Origin: Xylographa opegraphella
Taxonomy: Eukaryota
Direction: 5' to 3'
Length of the DNA stretch: 57,432 bases
Assembly: GCA_022813865.1 (NCBI GenBank)
Contig: JALDZX010000087.1
Coordinates: 1-57,432 of the forward strand
Positions within the stretch are counted from its first letter, which is position 1. The number at the start of each line of letters is the position of its first letter. Below the pieces are notes generated by a model, which was not told where the DNA came from, searched no databases, and saw only the letters and a list, made by a program, of their open reading frames with translations. A program made the position numbers and the translations under genes. This document shows positions 1 to 12,385 of the stretch, one piece after another.

Positions 1-126
1 AAATTCAAAAATTCAAAAATTCAAAAATTCAAAAATTCAAAAATTCAAAAATTCAAAAATTCAATAATTCAATAATTCAATAATTCAATAATTCAATAAT
101 TCAATAATTCAATAATTCAATAATTA
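1..126. repeat. 8-bp tandem repeat array: (AAAAATTC)x~7 followed by (AATAATTC)x~7-8
   Basis: Read directly: AAAAATTC units at 7-62 and AATAATTC units at 63-118, with a degenerate last copy to 126. The array is cut by the window start. Confidence 0.95.
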
Positions 127-700
127 AAAAATTACAGTTACGAAATCTATCGATCGTAATTCAATAATAAAAAATTAATTAAAAAATTATATATAAAACT
201 ATTTATAGTATATTTATACAAAATACGTACGAAAAGAAATATATTTACATTTAAATTTAAATTAAAATAAAATTTTCGTTTTTATTTTATATATTTAAAA
301 TTTTAAAAAATTACAATTATAATAAAATACTCAAGTAAACCTTTATATATATTTAGTCAAATCGAATAAAACGCGTTGATTAAGTAAAATTAATTAAAAA
401 ATTTATATTAATTGCGTTCACATAATTAATATAATATATTAATTCAAAAATAAGTACGATTTTTTTATATAAATATTTTTCAAGATACAAAAGCAAAGAA
501 ATACTGCAAAAATAATTTAATTAATTTTTAATATATTTACTATACTATTAATTAATTTTTATATTATACAATATAATATAATCGATTTACTCATTATTTT
601 TAATTATTTAATAATAAATTTCTAATTATTTCGCGGCTATTTTATATTTACGTACGAAATATTTTCAAAAACGTCTTTTAAAATCTGTTACGTATTTACT
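1..700. mobile_element. Extremely AT-rich block, probable RIP-degraded transposon or heterochromatic relic
   Basis: No ORFs, abundant TA dinucleotides, few G/C, and a sharp switch to normal GC near 690-720. This is typical of repeat-induced point mutation in Pezizomycotina. The element family cannot be recognised. Confidence 0.6.
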
Positions 701-1016
701 GCCTCTGCCCTATAAAACGCCCCCAGACTCCCTGGCGGGACGGTGTAATTACTAAGGTTTTGGCCTTTAATCCTGTACTAGCAGGCCTCGTCCCAGCTAG
801 GGGGTCTGGGCATCCGAGGCAATCTAGATGAAGCTTGAGCATTCAGCGGAACAACAGCTATTTTGTTCTACGCCACGAACTTCAGGCAATAATAATCCCA
901 GTCTTCTAAGCATAGCGAAATTGTTTTGTTGCCCAGATTGGGATCAACCGAGTTCTTCAAAAACAGCATTCCAAGACCGCCTCGAGAACAACCGGGGTGT
1001 TCAGGAGTCCATCAGA

Positions 1017-2817
1017 ATGGCAGGCAACAACATGAATAACCTCACAACACTAATAAAGCGGTAAGCCCTCATCAATCGTCTGATGCGATTCCTAAAAGCT
1101 ATTCGTTGTTGAAAACTCTTGCTGATAATAACGGTACGCAGACTTGAAGCCGCAACATCACGATTGGAAGATATAGCTTCATCTACGTCCGATCCCACTG
1201 CCTCCATCAATGGAACCTCTACGGCTAGTACTGCAGCTATCACCACAGGGTACTCTGAGCCACAAACGAGCAGTAACCCTACACCTAGACATCTCCTCGA
1301 GCCCCTACATCCTGCGATCGAAGGCTTTGATATACTTATGAACGGAGTAGTTGGGGCATTCGTCAATATGAGCGAAGGACTAGGGGGGCTTACTGCAGAG
1401 CAGGTAGGTGGTAGTAAACGAGCTCCTGTAGGCGCTTCAGTTGATACTTGATAAATAGTCTGCCTCTGTTCTACGGGCGTTTGCCGCAGAAAGGAAGTTC
1501 TTGATCGTTACCACAAAAGCGAAAAAGCCTGACATCCAATCTCCGGTCTACATGGAGATACTGAAAGAGCTGCAATCAACGATAGGGATAGTGAACGATA
1601 TTCGCGTTGCAAATCGTGGATCATCCTACTTTAACCATCTCACAATGGTTTCCGAGGGAATCGCTATGCTTGGATGGATTACTATTGATCCCAAACCAGC
1701 AGAGTTCGTAAATGAAACCCTAAGTAGTGCGCAATTCTATGGGAACCGTGTGCTCAAGGAATACAAAGACAAGTGGGCTCGACTCTGATCTCTCCCATAA
1801 ACTTCCACTAACACGAAATCCAGGGATCACTCACATGTCGAATGGGTCCAAGGATTCTATCGTATCTTCAAATCTCTTGCAGAATATATCAAGAATCATT
1901 ACCCGTCAGGCGTCACTTGGAACAACAAAGATGGTATCGATCCGCAGGAAGCTCTACGTCAAGTACAATCGGGAGAAACACATGCTATGAGTGCAGCTCC
2001 CACTTCCGCATCATCCTCAGGCCCGCCGCCACCTCCTCCACCGCCAATGCCTACTCTGGATGGGCCTCCACCGCCCCCGCTAATGCCTCCGAACGGCGTT
2101 AGCTCATCTCGAGCTCCCACATCCGACATGGGCGCTGTCTTCGACCAACTGTCCAGAGGCGAGGCCGTTACCGCTGGCCTTCGCAAAGTCGACCCCTCTC
2201 AACAAACGCATAAAAATCCTTCACTTCGCGCCGGTGCCGCTGTTCCACCAACGCGTTCCGGTTCGCAGTCCAGCAACGGCAAATCCCCGGGCCCCGGCAA
2301 GCGGCCCAAGCCCGAAAGCATGCGCACGAAGAAGCCGCCACGGATGGAGCTGGACGGCAACAAGTGGATCATCGAGAATTACGACAACCCGCCTGAGAAA
2401 ATGCTCGAGATCGATGCGCAAATCAGCCACTCCATCCTTATTTCGCGCTGCACGAAAACTGCCATCCGGGTACTCAACAAAGCGAATGCCATCTCCATCG
2501 ATTCGTCTTCCCAGATCTCCCTCGTCATCGACTCCCTCGTATCATCTGTAGATGTGATCAAGACGCCGCGATTCGAGATGCAAGTCCTCGGTACGCTGCC
2601 AACGATCATGCTCGACCAGGTAGATGGTGCATCGATCTACCTGTCGACCGAGAGCATGAATACCGAAGTATTCACGAGCAAGTGCACAGCTGTCAACATC
2701 AACGTCCCCGGCCCGACCGAGGAAGACGACTACAAGGAGTGTCCACTACCGGAGCAGATCAAGAGCGTGATCCGCAACGGAGCGGTGGTGAGCGAGATTG
2801 TGGAACATGCAGGCTGA
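1017..2817 (+). CDS. SRV2: Adenylyl cyclase-associated protein (CAP/Srv2), 4 exons
   Basis: Exons 1017-1060, 1142-1403, 1459-1772, 1824-2817 with GT-AG introns. N-terminal LIKRLEAATSRLEDIA motif, polyproline tract, WH2-like LRKV, and C-terminal CARP region ending EIVEHAG. Confidence 0.95.
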
Positions 2818-3560
2818 GCAGCGCTTTGGGGCGATCGGGCGCTGCGATCCGGTGGGGGACTTTCGAATGTGCCGACTACGTTATAGCCTTTTTGGGGGCA
2901 GATCAGGGCCGGGATTGTAATACGATAATTCAGATTGGAAATGTATACTACCAATTCAGGGGAGTTGTGTACGAGCGGCATCGGCAGTGTCTGTGAGTAT
3001 ACTGTATTAGTAGCATCTGATCGCCACCTTTTAGTGCTAGTTCCTTGGATGCAGGCCGGGAGAACCGCTTGGCTGGCGGAATCTAGAGCTCCTGAGGTAA
3101 ACCTTTCTAGTTTAATCACTTTTTCCGTCTCATAGATGGAAAAATTGCATTGTAGCGGTTGGGCATTGTTAGACAGTACGCTTGCTATGAGATACCGCCG
3201 ACGGAACGGCCAGGAAAGCACCCTGGATTCCGCCACCACAACCACAGATCAGGGGCTATTGAGCTCCCATCGAGGCTGGCGCTGCCTTGCTCAGAGGGCC
3301 GGGAAATAGGGCTGAAAGTCACGAACGCACACGAACACCATCCATGGGTATCGAATCGTTAATCTATGCTACACTAGTCCATGCTTTCGTAACCATACAA
3401 TGTGCCCATGAGGGCTACCAGGGAGCTGTGCTCGACCTTTTTCTACAAACGCCATAGGCAGAAAACCAACAACCAAAGATAGTATAAAAAGAACAGGAGG
3501 AAAGGGGAACAAGAGAAACGAACGACAGAGACCACGAACCACAAAGCCGCCAGAACGCCC

Positions 3561-6500
3561 TTACAGGGCGGCCCCCCGCGAGGCCAGGAAGTATGCTAGC
3601 AGATTCTTGTCTGCCGGGGCCGCATTGCCCATGCAGGCCCAAAATGCCTCATGGGAAGCCGCCATCTGGTGGAGCTCCACCAGACACTCCATGGCGCTCT
3701 GACGAACGCCGGTGTTTGCATGCGTCATGAGGGCCTGAACGGCACTACCGAGACGGAATTGCTGACCTTCAGTCAGCAGGACACCCCGATGCAGAAGGTC
3801 GCCCAATGTTTCCAGGGACATGGCGATGGTGAGCAGGCCATGGTCTTCCGTATCCTCGAGTATGAGGATGATCGACAATATGAGGTCGAGAGGATCCTCC
3901 ATCATCGTCACCATGTCCCGTGAGATGTCCTCGAGTTCGTCAGCGAGATGGGTGTGGATGCGGTAATTGGGGCGAACTAATAAAAACGTGTGCACTGCAT
4001 GTGATAAGATAGCCTGAGCCATGGAAGGCTGAGAAGTGAGCATAAGGCGGATGGTCTTCAGGACTGACGCAGTTGACTTATGGTCCACTGGTGCCTTGAG
4101 ATTTTTAAGAAGAGCGCGAAATAGGTCGTCGTACTGATAAAATTGCCAACGGTCGGTACGAGTGGTGATGAGAGATTGCAATTTGCGGTACCCATGTGCA
4201 TCAAGAGTCATCGCTTGAACACGAGCGATACCGCTGTCGACAAGTTTCTGTTCGCTGGATGGAGTACGTGGTACTTGCGACATAGGATTGACAGAAGTAG
4301 TGACTTGCTTCCTGATAACTGTAGTAGCAGTGGAGTTTCTAGAGCCAGTATCTTGCGCAACGCGTGGATCGGCAGAGTTGGCAAGGCTAGAGGCTCTTCT
4401 AACAGCGCCCTCGTGATTGAGTGGCAGCTCTCCCAAAATAGCACGACCGGTTTCGAACCCATTCGGACCGAGAGTCATCGAGAGAGTCATCGGACGTGTT
4501 GGGGAATCAACGGTAGTGACGTTGGGGAGCACAAGCGTCAGTTCTTCTGCACCTTTACTGGGACTGGACTGCGGTTGCTGGTATTCTTCGGACTTCTTCA
4601 CGTATTGTGACTCGCTGTGGACTCGTCGAAGGATTGTATCAGGAGATTTGTGTATATATTTTGGCAAAGCACTAGCTGGTGAAGACTGGATCTGCGATAA
4701 TTTGATGCTCATTTTGTCGCTGTTCTCAGTACTCGCGATTTTGTATGATGGACGAACAGCAGCATTAGCATTGCTGATTGATCTTCCAGTATTCGCTTCG
4801 TGATGATCGCTGGTATATTCATCATGAATCTTAACTTCTGAAGAGAGCTGCTCCCTAAGCTCAATATCTTCATCATGATGAATGTTCGGAGTTACAAGAC
4901 TGGGCTTGACTGGTGCAGCAGGATCGATCGTAACAGAGACCGGCTTCGTGACACTGTGTTTAGTGAGCGGAATGTCCCCGCCAAGGTTATTGATGGACTC
5001 GATCGAGCATTTCGTTCCTAGCGCCTTGATCGAACCACCTTTCCGAATGGAATCATTCCCGCCTCGTGGAATGAGAGACTCGAACGAGAGTCTTTTTGCT
5101 GGGGATTTGATGGACTCGAATGAGGTTTTCTTTGATGGAGTTTTGAGCGGGCTCTGTTTACGAGGGCAGTCGCTCTCAGTACGGTCATTGGCGGTTTCAA
5201 ATGAAAGCCTCTTTGCCGGGGATCGCAGGGATTCCAAAGAGCTTCTTTTCGACGGAGTTTTGAGTAGACTTGGTTTGTTAGGTACATCATTCTCATTGTG
5301 ATGCGTATTTGACTTCAAAGGACTAGTATCGCGTCGTTCAAGGTGCATGGCACTGAAATCTGGCAGTGGTGCCTTGTTCTTCGCCTTCTTCGGACTAGTG
5401 GAAGGACTGTTGTTGACCTTTGGTGCGGGTAACTTGGTTTTGTTGGGTCTCAATGGCGCAGAAGATAAAGAACCCATAGCCATCGATGTCTGCGGTCTCG
5501 GAGGCATGACTCGAGTAGGTGACACAGATGATTGTGCTGATCCAGGACGCTGTGCCAACTTCGCACGCTTTTGTGCTGCAATGGTTTCCTTGAGAGAAGG
5601 TCGTGTTGTGGCAGCTTTGGCTACGCGACCCACGGTGGGAGCGGTCGTATCGGTACTGGCTATCGAAACTGCCATAGTCTTAACCAGATCAAGGTTCCCG
5701 GGGTCCTTGTTCATATGAGAAACTTGAGGATTTGAAGGGTCTTTGAGTAACCTAGCCTGCTGCTTTGCGTCCAAGGAATTCAAGATGCTACCGTGAATTA
5801 GCACAAGGCGACTTTTTAGGTCGATACAACTCACGATTCTGATCGATCAGGCCAGAAACGCCAGTAGGACCAATAAGTATTACGGGTACTTTCTCTTACT
5901 TCTGGGTTAGCATCCGCAAGACCGTGCTTGATACATTTTTCGATCAAATCAAGTCCATTCGAATGTTCTAAGGTACTTCTGTGGTGACCGTGTTTGTCAA
6001 TAATAGTCTTCAGCCACACGGTAGCATAGCTCCTGGGACGGACATTTTTGTCCTGCGAAGCACTCCAGATGTGTTGCAGGATACGCAGGTTGTACGTTAC
6101 ATTTGCGAAGATAGTATCGATGGTTTTGTTCGCTGTCTCGGCTGCAATAGTCTTCGTGGCTCCACAGAGCTTGAGCAACGGCTGCAAGATAATCTCAACC
6201 ATTGAGTCCATACCGGGTCCGCAGGTGCGGGCGATGTCTTGCACTAGGTGGCAGCCGTTGCTAGAAACAGTTGTACGTAGAGAAGTGACGGCCTTTAGAA
6301 TGCCGTCAAGTAATCCCTTGATAGACACAAGATAAGTCGTAGTATAGTCCTTCGGGGCATTGCCCTTTGTGATCCTGCGAAGTTTGATGATATTGTCCTC
6401 ACGTGGGTTCCAATTGAACTCGGTTTCCCTTCCTTCGAAGTGGGGGTGTATATCACGGAAAAGCTCCTCAAGCTCGCGATTAGAATAAACAACGATTGCG

Positions 6501-7549
6501 TCCAGCTTTTTCGCTTCTGTCTCGGACGTGGAAAGTACTGGGAGCGAAGGAGCCGTAACGCTAGGAAGAGTGCCACTGATGATCCGATCCTTAGTTGGAG
6601 GTCCAGTACCAACGGTACTACCATTGAAGACTTTGTCCTTGGATGGCGCAACAGCGGAAAGCGACGAAGTAGAAAGGGTCGATGCACTAGGGACACTGCT
6701 ACCAAAACCTTTCTCGTTGGCTGGTGTTACTCTTCCTTGCGCGTAGCTAGTGGTAACAAGTGCGAAGTCCGATGCTTCTGAAATGCCAAGCTGGGTAAAA
6801 ATGTGCACAACGATCGATTTCTGGATGTTGCGCTGCAGAATTTGCTTCTTGAGGTCGTTCTTTGCTCCGTCATTCAGGTTTCTAGATACTATGTTGGCAG
6901 AAGTCAAAGAATGCCTGTAGAACAAGCTTACCTGAAAAGTTCGATGATGGTTGATTTGGCCGTGTCTCTGACCACCCCCTCGTGATCTTCAAGACAGTCA
7001 AGTATCTTTGGTACGAAACCTTTAATCTGAAGTGAAATCTCGCGTGTCTGGAAGGTGTTAGTAGTCTTCACCATACCATGAGCAAAGGAAATAAGATACC
7101 TTCACAATCCATTGCATTGCAGCTTCCTTGGCTCTGGGGTTCCTGCCGCTTAATGCAATGTCACGAATAACCTGTTCGACGTCTGTGTGAGATGCTTTCC
7201 AAAATTCCGTGAGTGCTTGAATGGCCCACGACCGAGTGCGATCTTTTGCATCTCCAAGGCGTTCAAGTATATATGAGTATGTTTTCTTTCCCTCGGCCGC
7301 AATGATGGATGACTGGTCCTGGAGTTCGAGGCGTTTGGTAAGATGAAATAGAATGGAGAAGCCGGCATCGAGGAGCTGTACATTGGATATGGCAGTACGG
7401 ACGACTTCGAAGACTGGATTGATGGCTACTTCAGGGACTTGTTGATGCTTGATTTGGGTTTTGAGCTTGGTGAGAAGGTCGATCTTGGTGTCGACCGTCA
7501 CATTGCTATTCTTCAGAACAGCAAGAAGATGCGTCGCCTGTTGCTCCAT
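3561..7549 (-). CDS. STU1: CLASP-family microtubule-associated protein Stu1, 4 exons
   Basis: Starts MEQQATHLLAVLKNS at 7549. HEAT/TOG-like exons (ERLGDAKDR; CLASP_N-type FEGRETEFNW...SLRTTVSSNGC), a basic S/T-rich linker and a C-terminal helical domain. Canonical introns near 7048-7099, 6882-6931 and 5789-5835. Confidence 0.9.
4970..5300 (-). repeat. Three degenerate 117-bp (39-aa) coding repeats in the Stu1 linker
   Basis: GGAGTTTTGAG ends at 5147 and 5264; TGATGGACTCGA starts at 4991 and 5108 (both offsets 117). Protein copies: KTPSKRSSLESLRSPAKRLSFE / KTPSKKTSFESIKSPAKRLSFE / KALGTKCSIESINN. Confidence 0.85.
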
Positions 7550-8067
7550 GCTGAGCACGTTGAAGAGGAGGTTATGCTGTTCGAGCAATGAATGTGCTTC
7601 CACAGCGGCGACGGCCTCCAGAGTCTCTTCGGCTTTGTTCACGTTTTCTTCTTGCTGGTTAGTGTAGCAAACCTTTGTCACGATACAGAGGAGTGTATCT
7701 ACGGTGATGGAGGCTACCGAAAGGTAGATGCGAGGCACTGCAAGTACCGCACGTTTGATGCCGTATCTACAGCGGAGAGCTGCCATGATGGTTCTTAGTA
7801 CACGTTTCACATGGAATATGGAATGTTATGAGAAGCAGTGGTATTCTTGGCTATGAAGCTTCACCGTAACAGTTCTATGGATTCAGAAAAAGATGCTGAG
7901 TGCGTGGAGGGGCAGAGGCCCCTCTTGTAGTCGCGGACGCTGTGGAGAACAGGAAGCGGGACAACAACAATGAAAAGCTTACTTACTTCTGAGTGTAGTG
8001 ATATGGTTATCCTACCGCCGGTGGAGCCAACGATATCGTGGGCGAGTCCAGTGGCATCGTGGTGGAG

Positions 8068-8448
8068 ACGCGAAGGTTTTGGAGGTTTGGATGGTACAAT
8101 GTCAACTTTCGCGATTGCGCGATGAGGTTGGCTTTAGGCTAGCGCGATACCAGCTTAGCGCCTCTGCGACCAACGGATTCGCGATTCTTTGTCTTGAACA
8201 AACATTTAATCGGTCTCCACGAGGCAACACGTGAAAGAGTAAACAGACCGGACGTGATGACGTTTTGGAGAACTCTCGAACCATTCTGGAGCCTTCTGTG
8301 TTTACTTCGATTGGTCGAGCTTTGTAGTTCTTCATTCATTATTGAGTTCTCGCAGCCCACTTGTCAACAAGGTCCAGATGAGGTTACGGTATTATGATTT
8401 TTCTTAGAGCGATGTATTGAGTATACATGATTTCTTTATTCGACGCGT
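8068..8448. promoter_or_regulatory. Cluster of CGCG-core (MCB/SCB-like) motifs upstream of STU1
   Basis: ACGCGAA at 8068, TTTCGCG at 8107 (CGCGAAA on the minus strand), GCGCGA at 8117 and 8142, TTCGCGA at 8178, ACGCGT at 8443. Function is inferred only. Confidence 0.35.
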
Positions 8449-8566
8449 TTTCTTCTTCATCATGATGAGGTTATGGTGCTGTACTGCGTTCTCAGTCTTA
8501 CTAGCAGGGTATTGCGCGAGAGATACTAATAGCAGCAGTACATGCGATGCACACCGTCCCGGAGGG

Positions 8567-9454
8567 TTACACAAATCCTGACGGAGCACGCTCCACTGCT
8601 CGCTTCTCTGTCTCCGATTTCTTCTTCTCCTTTCTCGTACCATCAACGGTCATATCCTTCTCAACTAGAACGCATTCCTCCGAGTCGTCCGCGTCAAATG
8701 TTCTCGAATATTCACTCCAGAGATCCTGCACGCTCTTGCCAAACAGCTGTCTCCAGAAGCTTTTCTCGTCGTACCTCCTATCTCTGAGAGCTTCGTTGAC
8801 GCGCATGACATTCCCTTCTCCAAATCTCGCATCCATCCACTCCAAGAAGTAGGCGGTGTGCTGATACCCGGCATCCCAATCGCCTCCGCTTTCCTTCTTC
8901 CAATGCGGAGGACCGAGGGCGTCGCGGAGTCGCACAAAGTCAGCTATGCCTTCGATTAGCCCCCCTGGCGCGGTTCCCAAAGCATTCCACTGCCAGCAGT
9001 GAACCATCTCATGCACGATTACTCCCTCTATCTCTTGTCGCTGTCTTTGTGGGGAAGCGGAAGTGTTCTTGATGCCAGCTATATAGTCGAGGGAGAAGTG
9101 GATCTCTTTATGGTCGTCATCTAGATCGATGCCAGTTGTGTATGCCACACCAGGCATTGAGCGAAGGATCAGGGTTATCGATCGCGTTGGCGGAATAGCA
9201 GCATTACCTTCGAAGGGTATGTATAGGGTTTGCAGTACCACGGTGACGGCGTCGGAAAGAATGGTGGCCGGGTTGGTGGTGCTGAAGAAAACGAGGGCAC
9301 CAGGATGAGTGAGATCTTTGCATTCAAATCTCAACTTTGGCGTTGGGATGCCGGGTTTTGGGTGTGGGCGCGAATTAGTTGCACTTTCTGCTGTTGCTTT
9401 GGCGGGACGCAGCGGCATGGGCGAGGCCGTCGCTTCAGGTGGAATGCTTGACAT
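8567..9454 (-). CDS. BSP/PBSP (basic secretory protein) family zinc metallopeptidase-like protein
   Basis: Single exon. HEMVHCWQWN zinc motif followed by PGGLIEGIADFVRL and WDAGYQHTAYFLEW. The start could alternatively be further upstream in the same ORF (to 9529). Confidence 0.85.
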   Translation of the reverse strand: MSSIPPEATASPMPLRPAKATAESATNSRPHPKPGIPTPKLRFECKDLTHPGALVFFSTTNPATILSDAVTVVLQTLYIPFEGNAAIPPTRSITLILRSMPGVAYTTGIDLDDDHKEIHFSLDYIAGIKNTSASPQRQRQEIEGVIVHEMVHCWQWNALGTAPGGLIEGIADFVRLRDALGPPHWKKESGGDWDAGYQHTAYFLEWMDARFGEGNVMRVNEALRDRRYDEKSFWRQLFGKSVQDLWSEYSRTFDADDSEECVLVEKDMTVDGTRKEKKKSETEKRAVERAPSGFV

Positions 9455-9811
9455 TGCTAGCGGTGGAGCGAATGGCTTGCGGGACTGTCCAGGCTGCAGA
9501 TACCGAGTCATTAGAAGGTCTATATACAAAATCGGTCACAATGGGAATGTACAAGGTATGCAAGGAGGTGCGGAGTACGGTACAGAGTACATAGTAGTAG
9601 AATAACCCCAGTCCGTACTCGGTTAGTAGTTGATAGCTTCCCCAGATTCTAGCGAGGCAGATGACGTCGGTACCCGTCGAACTGCCAGGATCAAAATATT
9701 GACAAACGGGCACGAGTTGGGAATTCTTAGGATCCGCCTGTACAGTATCTACTGGCCCATCCATGAAACAACAATCAACATGTATTTACAGTTGTGACTT
9801 TTCACAAGCAA

Positions 9812-11618
9812 ATGGTATGACAACCTTGCTCACACAGTCGTGCTTGGCTTTCTAATAGTCAATTAGGCTTCGATTCTCCGCTCAATTGTTGCTGGTCCAC
9901 GGTTGCGAAATGCTGAGGCGGGGCTTGATCTTTGCTACGTTACAGACAATAGTACGTCGGGAATCCCAGTTCTCTCGTAAGAAGCACTAACACGTCTTAT
10001 CCTAGTAATTGTGACCTCGGGTCCTTCCTCGACCTACCCTCAACGGGCATATAGGAATCCGACAGATGCGCTTGTCAAATTCCTCGACGAGAAGCATGGG
10101 GAGAAGTGGGCAATATGGGAGTTCCGCGCCGAAGGTACTGGCTATCCAGATACAGAAGTTCATGGACGCATTAAGCACTATCCGTGGCCGGACCACCATC
10201 CTCCACCTTTCGCGCTTATACCAAACATCATGGCCAGCATGCGGAACTGGCTGAAGGACCCAAACACGAAGCAGGACGGAGCAGTGGTCGTAGTCCATTG
10301 CAAAGCTGGAAAGGGTAGAAGTGGAACGGTAGCATGCAGCTATCTTATCAGTGAAGAACAGTGGAGTAAAGATGATGCTCTGGCTAGATTTACTGCGCGA
10401 CGAATGCGAGCAGGGTTTGGCGCAGGTGTCAGTATACCAAGTCAACTACGCTGGGTAGGCTATGTGGAACGATGGAGCAAGACCGGTAAGGTGTACGTCG
10501 AGAGACCGATCGAAATCTTGGAACTCCATGTGTGGGGTCTTCGGGACGGAGTTAAGGTTGCAGTCGAAGGATTTGTTGACGAGGGAAGAAGAATAGAAAA
10601 CTTTCATGTCTTCAAAAAGCACGAAAGACTCGTAGTCGATGGCACAGCCCAGAACAACAGCATATTCGCCAACCTTGCAGGTCTGAACAATACGAGCGGT
10701 ACTACGAAAGCGCGCTCCAAAACGGTCGCTACCTCTAAATTCGACACCAAACAGTCGTCTTCTCTCATCGACGCAACGCAAGCACCTTCACCAGCAGTCC
10801 CAGCCGATCCTTCAGACCACGAAACAGGCGGGGGAGCCGTCATTTTCCGGCCGTCCACCCGCATCATCCTTCCGACATCCGACATATGTATAGACTTCGA
10901 ACGGCGAAATAAAGCTACGTATGGCTGGACTATGGTCACTGCCGTGGCGCATGTCTGGTTCAACGCATATTTCGAAGGACTTGGTCCGGAGAATAACGCG
11001 AAACCATCTCCGAACGGGATATTTGAGATTGAATGGGATGCCATGGATGGGATCAAGGGCAGTAGTCGCAAGGGGACAAGAGCACTAGATCGTTTAGCAG
11101 TCGTATGGAAAGCGCTCGATGATGAAAAAGTTACCCTACCACAGATCATAACAGAGCCAGCGATTGGGGAACCAGTCCCAGAGACGGGTCCGGCTGATTG
11201 GCGGACAGGCAACGTGGAAAGTCCTGGCGGCGGCAAAGACTTGGGGATGAGGAACGAGAGTCCTGGGCCTCAGAGCACGAATATGAGCAAGGCCAGCAGC
11301 ATCAAGAGTTCGAAGTCTGGACCAGGTCAGGTAACCATGGAAGATGGTGATGCAGACTCGGTGGATGGAGTAAAGGTACATGGGCCGGATGGAGAGAGCC
11401 ATATCCAGCATCACGGAGTTGAGCCAGCGGTCGCTTGGGAGAGCGAACATAAACACAATCTTGCAGAAGTGATTTGCGATATCGAGCATGCCCAAACAGG
11501 ATTTTTACCAAGCGACGTAAAGAGGGAGAAACGAACGAAAGGCTCAAAGTGGACAAATCTCAAGCAGCCACCAGAGCTCAGCTTGGTACCATACCATCTC
11601 ACAGGAGCTTGCGACTAA
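9812..11618 (+). CDS. TEP1: PTEN-like phosphoinositide 3-phosphatase / dual-specificity phosphatase
   Basis: Exons ATG 9812-9814, 9867-9951 (ASILRSIVAGPR...GLDLCYVTDN), 10006-11618. WPDHHPP acid loop and HCKAGKGRSG P-loop. The 3' end may be spliced to 11677. Confidence 0.9.
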
Positions 11619-12385
11619 CGGTCAACTATAAGGCAAATGGCAGTGAATCCACCTGCCATTTGCAAACTTCGTCATAAGATTCACGGGTTCAATATGGACA
11701 ATAACGTTCTCGCAAAATCGTTTCAGACACTGGATTCAAGTACACCCCGAAGTGACCCACGCGAAACACGCATCTCCTATTCGAGAGCTTTCGCAAACTG
11801 TAGCCCAGACGGGGTGTTGATAGATGAAATTAGAAAGAGGGCGCCGGCAGGAGCATGCGAAAACCTATCCTCGTTCCGGAGCAGCCGAGAACGTGAAATC
11901 GAAGCAACGGCTGAGGATCAAGGACTCGTGAACATGGTTCATTGATACCCATGCTGGATTGATCAACATGCATGTATCTAACCAGCTCTGTTGTGTGCGT
12001 TAGGCATATAGATAGTTCGTGAGGAGCACCAGCTCTTCGCTTCCGCCATAATCCATTGTTGTGCGAGATATGCATTCAGCATGTATGGGGTAATGAGAGC
12101 GTCCACATAGTATAATGAATTCTCGTCGTACCGCAAATGACCTGAAATGGGCACTTTTCCAATACCGCAGGCCCGTGTGCACGTATACAGAGCCTGCTCT
12201 ATATATGCTGTAAGAAAACATCGTGCAAGCCTGAGGTGCAATACTTTTAGATCGCCATACCCGGCACCCCTTTATAAGTAAAGCCCAGCCACTTTACGAA
12301 AAGCCATTGCCTCCATTCGTATATCCACGTTCAACTCGTTAAGCTCGTATCTCGTACAGGCACGATAACCTCCCCAGCTCCCCGT

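Noticed and set aside
1..126. Tandem array as a telomere or CRISPR array
   Set aside because: The unit is not TTAGGG-like and there are no unique spacers. The context is eukaryotic.
686..692. TGTTACG at the edge of the AT-rich block as an LTR terminus
   Set aside because: No matching inverted end, second LTR or target duplication is visible.
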